Positions 59,183 through 64,000 of a DNA stretch of 64,000 nucleotides are shown here, one piece after another (positions within the stretch are counted from its first letter, which is position 1; the number at the start of each line of letters is the position of its first letter). The stretch is from assembly GCA_024704765.1 (NCBI GenBank), contig JAKMXF010000320.1:124001-188000 (forward strand). The letters run 5' to 3'. A program made the position numbers and the translations under genes. Origin of the DNA: Oopsacas minuta. Lineage: Eukaryota; Animalia; Porifera. Below the pieces are notes generated by a model. The model saw only the letters and a program-made list of their open reading frames with translations. It made no database searches and was not told the DNA's origin.

Positions 59183-59688
59183 AAGTGTTAAGTTGTGTTG
59201 AAAATTCGGGCAAAAAAGGCAAAATTTCGGGGAACCAAAAAGTACTGAATTTAGCGAGCATTTTAGTTTGGGTTTGTGTAGTGAAACCTTAGTCGTGCCA
59301 TGTAGCCTTTTACATGGTGTTTTCTTTGTTCTCTTAGTTTCTGTACCTTTGACTCATGCTATATACCTGTAGGGTAAATTTTGAGTTGTTTGTTCCTTAC
59401 TTCTTATTCTTCTCTACTTAAGTTAGAGATCTGCGTCAAGTAGATGTCGCCAGAACTGAGTCTTAATTCACTAAGCTTAGAAATCACGACAAATCACCAA
59501 TAGCTTTCACTTGGCTATAACTCTGGGTTGGTCGTGATTCGTGATTTCAAGAGCTTTATGAAAACAAGATTCAGCTCTAGCGACATATACTGTGTATTTA
59601 TCCATTGTCATGTCTGTATTTTAACTTTGTAGGATACTCATAAAATTGTTTTATATTTGATGACAAAACGAATTTCTAAGTTGAAATA

Positions 59689-60114
59689 CAGTTCAACCTC
59701 TATAAGCGGGGAGAAGGAAATGGGGCGTACCTTAGAGAAAATTATGCATCACAACATTGAAATGTACCTCTATTTGTATGGAAATCTACGGAAAAATTTC
59801 TATAATAATCAATTTTGAGCTAATTTGGAAGAAAAAAAACACGTATTTAACGCTACATGATGAATTGAAATTTTTGGGTTTCTAAGAAAAAATTCTTACA
59901 AATTTAAATATTCAACCAACAACCTTAAGAAATTCTGAAATTTGTTGAAATTTAGAAAATTTGTATATTTTGTATAGTCATGATGACATTTAAGTCTCTA
60001 CAATCCAACATTTTGTTTTCGTTTCAAATAATGTCGGATTATGGGGATTATTTTACCTCTATAATACGACATTTTTTCGTCTCACATTGAGCGTCGGATT
60101 ATGGAGGTTCCACT
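59689..60114. mobile_element. Tigger-type MITE
   Basis: cagttcaacctctataag / ttatggaggttccactg termini. Confidence 0.55.
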
Positions 60115-60308
60115 GTTTATGGTTTTGTGTTCCGATTGATCACCCGCATAACAACAAAAACATACGGAAGACATATACGTATAGGATACTATGTACCTAA
60201 CGCGCATGCTCTATGCTGTACTTGTTAATATATGCAGGCAGTAAAAATGCAGATGTGAGGTTAAATAAAGTTATTAATAAATAATTAATCTTATTAAAAA
60301 TTAAGATT

Positions 60309-60380
60309 GGCTCGTTGGTCTAGTGGCATGATTCCTGTTTTGGGTACAGGAGGTCCCGGGTTCAAATCCCGGACGAGCCC
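60309..60380 (+). tRNA. tRNA-Pro(UGG)
   Basis: 72 nt GGCTCGTTGGTCTAGTGGCATGATT-CCTGT-TTTGGGT-ACAGG-AGGTCCCGGGTTCAAATCCCGGACGAGCCC; all stems pair, A and B boxes present, T5 terminator at 60386-60390. Confidence 0.95.
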
Positions 60381-61082
60381 ATTCCTTTTTGGTTTATTTA
60401 CCATTCAATTGGCTACAAGTTACGTATTCACGTTTAAGTCACAATTATAGAATGTTACACCCCCAACTTTTTTGCAAGATGGTAAAAATCGCTATATGAG
60501 CCGTTATAAAGCATGTTGAGAGATAAAGGTTGAGCTAAAGATTTCTAAAATCGGTCAAGAAACAAAAACGTTACAGCAATTCTAGCTTATAAGCCAAAGT
60601 CTATGGAGAAAATTGATATAATCATTGAAACCACATAAAGTGTAAACGATGCTATTTTCTACCTCTCTTGTGCATACAACCTATTTCAGCTTATTACGAA
60701 GTATTCTTGTTGAATTACGAGTTTCCCGACTTTATTTCTAAACTCACTTTTAATTTCAAAGAATGCTTAGATTGCAATATATGAACTGAAAATAGATGAC
60801 AGGGGGGAATTGATGGATTAATTTAGTACAGTATTTTTTGTTGATATACATTTCTTTTTAATATTACATGCAGGCTTTGGAAAGTACGTATATTGAAATA
60901 GTATAATTTAGTAAAATTCAAGTTTGTTTGGTGTATAATGAACATCTTTGGAATTGGCGCATATTTGTTTCCGAAGTAAAACTGATCCCGTTACAGTTGA
61001 TGCTAGATATATACGAATACCGTTTATAAAACCTTAACTCGATTTACCGAATCTTTTGTATTCTACTCCATTGTAGGGCCGG

Positions 61083-63331
61083 TGTCACATAGTATTCATC
61101 CCCCTATAGTGGTTTTCCCCTTGCAAAATTACTACGTAGTAAATAATTAGATGATTGGATAATTGCGTTTTAATAGTATAAATATGAGAAACGCACTTAA
61201 GAAGAAATGAATAGAATATACGTATTAGCTAAAACTAATGAAAAAGAAATGCTATCGTTTTTTACCAATCGATAGAACAATATCATAATTGATGCCAGTA
61301 GAATCATCAACATATATCCCGAAATTGTTAATATTTTCTTTATTATGACTATATCGATTCCATCAGAGTATTTCTCCAAATATATTCCAGGGATAAATTG
61401 TAGTTTTAACAATGCTGCTGCAGAAAAAATTTCATCTGTAGTTCCCCACGTTCCATCTTTCCTCATTTTCGAATCTTCGAGATAATCTTTAGGGTTTTTC
61501 CACCTATTTCCTTCCCTTGTAATTCCATAAAATCACATACATATTTACTTAGTGTAGATTGCTGGTCTTCTTCTCCAGTAATTACGAATGATAAAGCTCT
61601 AAAAAGCAATTACCATCGCCGATAATAGCTTTATTCGAGCCGGTTTCGAAAATGTTGTAAATTTTACATTTAGTACTTGGCCAATAGGTGACGACTTCTC
61701 CTTAAACTTCAATACTCTTCCAGGAGCATCGCATATGTTCCTCTGCCATTGTAGATCTGGTGGTGAAATATATAGTTTTGAACCTCCTGTTTTATTTCAA
61801 GTGGAATTACTTCTTCGTTATTGTTTCGATTAATTTGGTTTTCTTTGCTGGTAATTCTGTTACCACATCCTCCTTAATATCTGGTTTAAGTTGAGTAGCA
61901 TTAAAAATTCTTTCGAGACCATCTAATATATATGTACCTTTTCCAAGACTTCTACGATGATTCTCTTCCCTATCCATACAAATTCAAACTTTCCACCCTT
62001 ACGTGTATTGCGTCGACAGTTTTTATACCATACAAGATCACTCATTTTATACTTGGGACATTGGTGTTTGGAATCGTATTGTTGTTTTTGTGCTTGCTGA
62101 GAGTTAGTAAGGTTACATTTAGCAGTAATCCTGAACAATTTTAGGATTCCTAGCCGCGAGATTCTAGATTCCAAGACATCTTAGTTATTTTGTTCCATAT
62201 CTGTGTTAACTTTACATGATTCTAGCTCGATTGGTATAGTAGTCGCATTTGTATTCCATAAACTAAAAATACGGCGAGAATTTTGTAGATGCTTGTCGAT
62301 TAGACCTGTAGAACATTAATATCCAAGAGATTAACTTATTCCAATTGTCCATATTGTCGTTCGCCAGCTTCCACAACTAGGTGATGAGAGTTTGATTAAA
62401 TCTTTCAGTCAGTCCATTAGACTGCGGATGATATGCACTGCATATGTTATGCTTAATCTCAAGTTCTAAAAAGAGTAGATGGTTGAGTTCTTTTACGAAT
62501 TCTCTTCCCTAATCAGAGATTATGTTTTCAGGGGCACCAAATCGAGCTATTACAAGATCCAAAATCGCAGCAAAAGCACAAGAGGCAGTCTTGTTAGGAA
62601 TTGCCTTGGCCTCTGCTCATCGAGTAGGATATTCAGTAAAAACAATAATATAAGAATTTCCTTCCACTGTTGCTGTGAGAGGACCAATCAAATCCATTCC
62701 CATTTGGAAAAATTTCTATTTGGTATATTCACAGGATGTAGTTCGGATGGGCCTTTCTTGAATTGATTTTGCTGTTGACCTTCTTCACAACTATCATTGT
62801 ACATCCCTTTCCACTAGTACCTTTCAGATATCTTATTGAATGTAGAACAAATACCAAAGTAACAACAGCCCGCCTTAGAACAATGCAATGCTCGAAAAAT
62901 TTGTCCTTTGTCTATCTCCTTTGGGACTTCTCTGATACTATCAGGTCGTGACTTCGTCAGAATATGGTAGAGAAGGCCATTTTCAACTTGAAACGATTGA
63001 CATTTATTTCTAAAATCTCTCTTATTATCCTTTAATAATTTCTTGTCCAGGCTTTCAAAAGATTTTGTGTAGAATCCCCTTTCCACATAATTGTAAATAT
63101 CTTCATAAGTTGGAAGTTGCATACATCAAAGTGAAATTTGTTCATCAAATGTATAATATATATATTTACGATATTTCCTAGTTATATTGCAATTTACTTG
63201 TTTGACTTCTGTCGGAAGCTAATATGGGTTCAATTGTTTTAAATTGCTTTGTTGAATTCTAGGAGATTTACTACACTTCATAATTTTCCGGGGGGAGGGA
63301 AATATATGTGTAGGGAAATTTCTATGTGACA
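61083..63331 (-). mobile_element. Full-length but degenerate Ginger1-type DNA transposon (Gypsy-like integrase plus OTU protease domain)
   Basis: TGTCACATAG...CTATGTGACA termini with CCGG 4-bp TSD. GIN-type N-terminus (YNYVERGFY...FQVENGLLY), rve core (MDLIGPL, IISD*GREF), GPY/F-like region, OTU (GDGNCF.RAL, DGTWGTTDEIFSAAALL). Stops and frameshifts throughout. Confidence 0.85.
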
Positions 63332-63519
63332 CCGGCGCCACCAGATTTGTGAACCTAACCTTCCGGGGAAAGCGGTCCGGTTGAATAGGCTACTCTAATA
63401 CAAACCGGACCAGTGTCGCTACCCTGCATTGAATTCTTACCGGATATAAATCATTATATATATACAGTTTCCGGCGATTTTCATATAATTGATATCTACT
63501 TTATTTAATTAGCCTTTAT

Positions 63520-63618
63520 AGTAGAACTTGCATATAACGTACTCGGCTTATATCGTACACTGGGTTAGTACGTACTAATTTTCCCTGAGGCGGTATGTTA
63601 TATCCGAGTTCTACTGTA
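63520..63618. mobile_element. Tigger-type MITE
   Basis: agtagaacttgcatataac / gttatatccgagttctactg termini. Confidence 0.6.
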
Positions 63619-64000
63619 TTTTCAAACTCCAATATCAATCATGAAACTCTTGAGATTCAGATAATATAGACACATTACGAAATGCAATTGTTCTAGTTTT
63701 GAACTTTCTAAGAGCAACTTTCCGAAAATTTATTACAGCAAAGCTTGCCTATGAACAATTTCAGGTTGTTTGTAAGATCAAACTATCTCAATTATTCAAT
63801 AGACTTCCTAATGGCTTCCAATGGCATGTAATATTTTTGGTCCATATTCCTATCGATGATATTTCCTAGAATTTTATCGATGTTAATCTAAAGCGAGATA
63901 TGTCAAAGTTGGTGAACTGCAGTGTTTAGTGTATCACACTAATAAGAGCATGAACAATGCCATAATATGGGTGGTTAATACCATTTTACTGTTTAGTGAC

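Noticed and set aside
140-63122. Short (60-130 aa) ORFs antisense to or overlapping real genes and repeats
   Set aside because: No recognisable domains; explained as shadow frames of coding or TE sequence.

Overview
AT-rich eukaryotic (metazoan) genomic DNA. There are no bacterial operon, rRNA or CRISPR features. The mix of intronless conserved housekeeping genes, rare large introns with nested genes, NHL/coiled-coil orphan genes and dense MITEs resembles a glass sponge (Hexactinellida) genome; that assignment is inference. 1-34 kb is gene-rich and almost entirely minus-strand: NHL-like gene, ZRSR2, RPS10, PPIL6, TOMM40, CARS1, TMED2, a two-exon ENDOV whose 6.9-kb intron holds a TMEM272-like gene and ILVBL, and INTS6. 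34-64 kb is mostly decayed and mobile DNA: an NRF1/EWG-like pseudogene, a COPB1 pseudogene with exons out of order, a Frizzled-like multi-TM gene and one tRNA-Pro(UGG). It also holds remnants of P, Tigger/pogo, hAT, mariner, Gypsy, Ginger1-OTU, Transib/RAG1-like and Helitron-like elements. Main leads: (1) splice-acceptor-like AG directly before most start codons in a co-oriented cluster, suggesting SL trans-splicing or polycistronic transcription; (2) a CysRS with a possible mitochondrial presequence and an internal acceptor giving a second isoform; (3) a circularly permuted COPB1 copy; (4) nested genes in the ENDOV intron. Family assignments come from motifs recognised by eye; no database searches were run.
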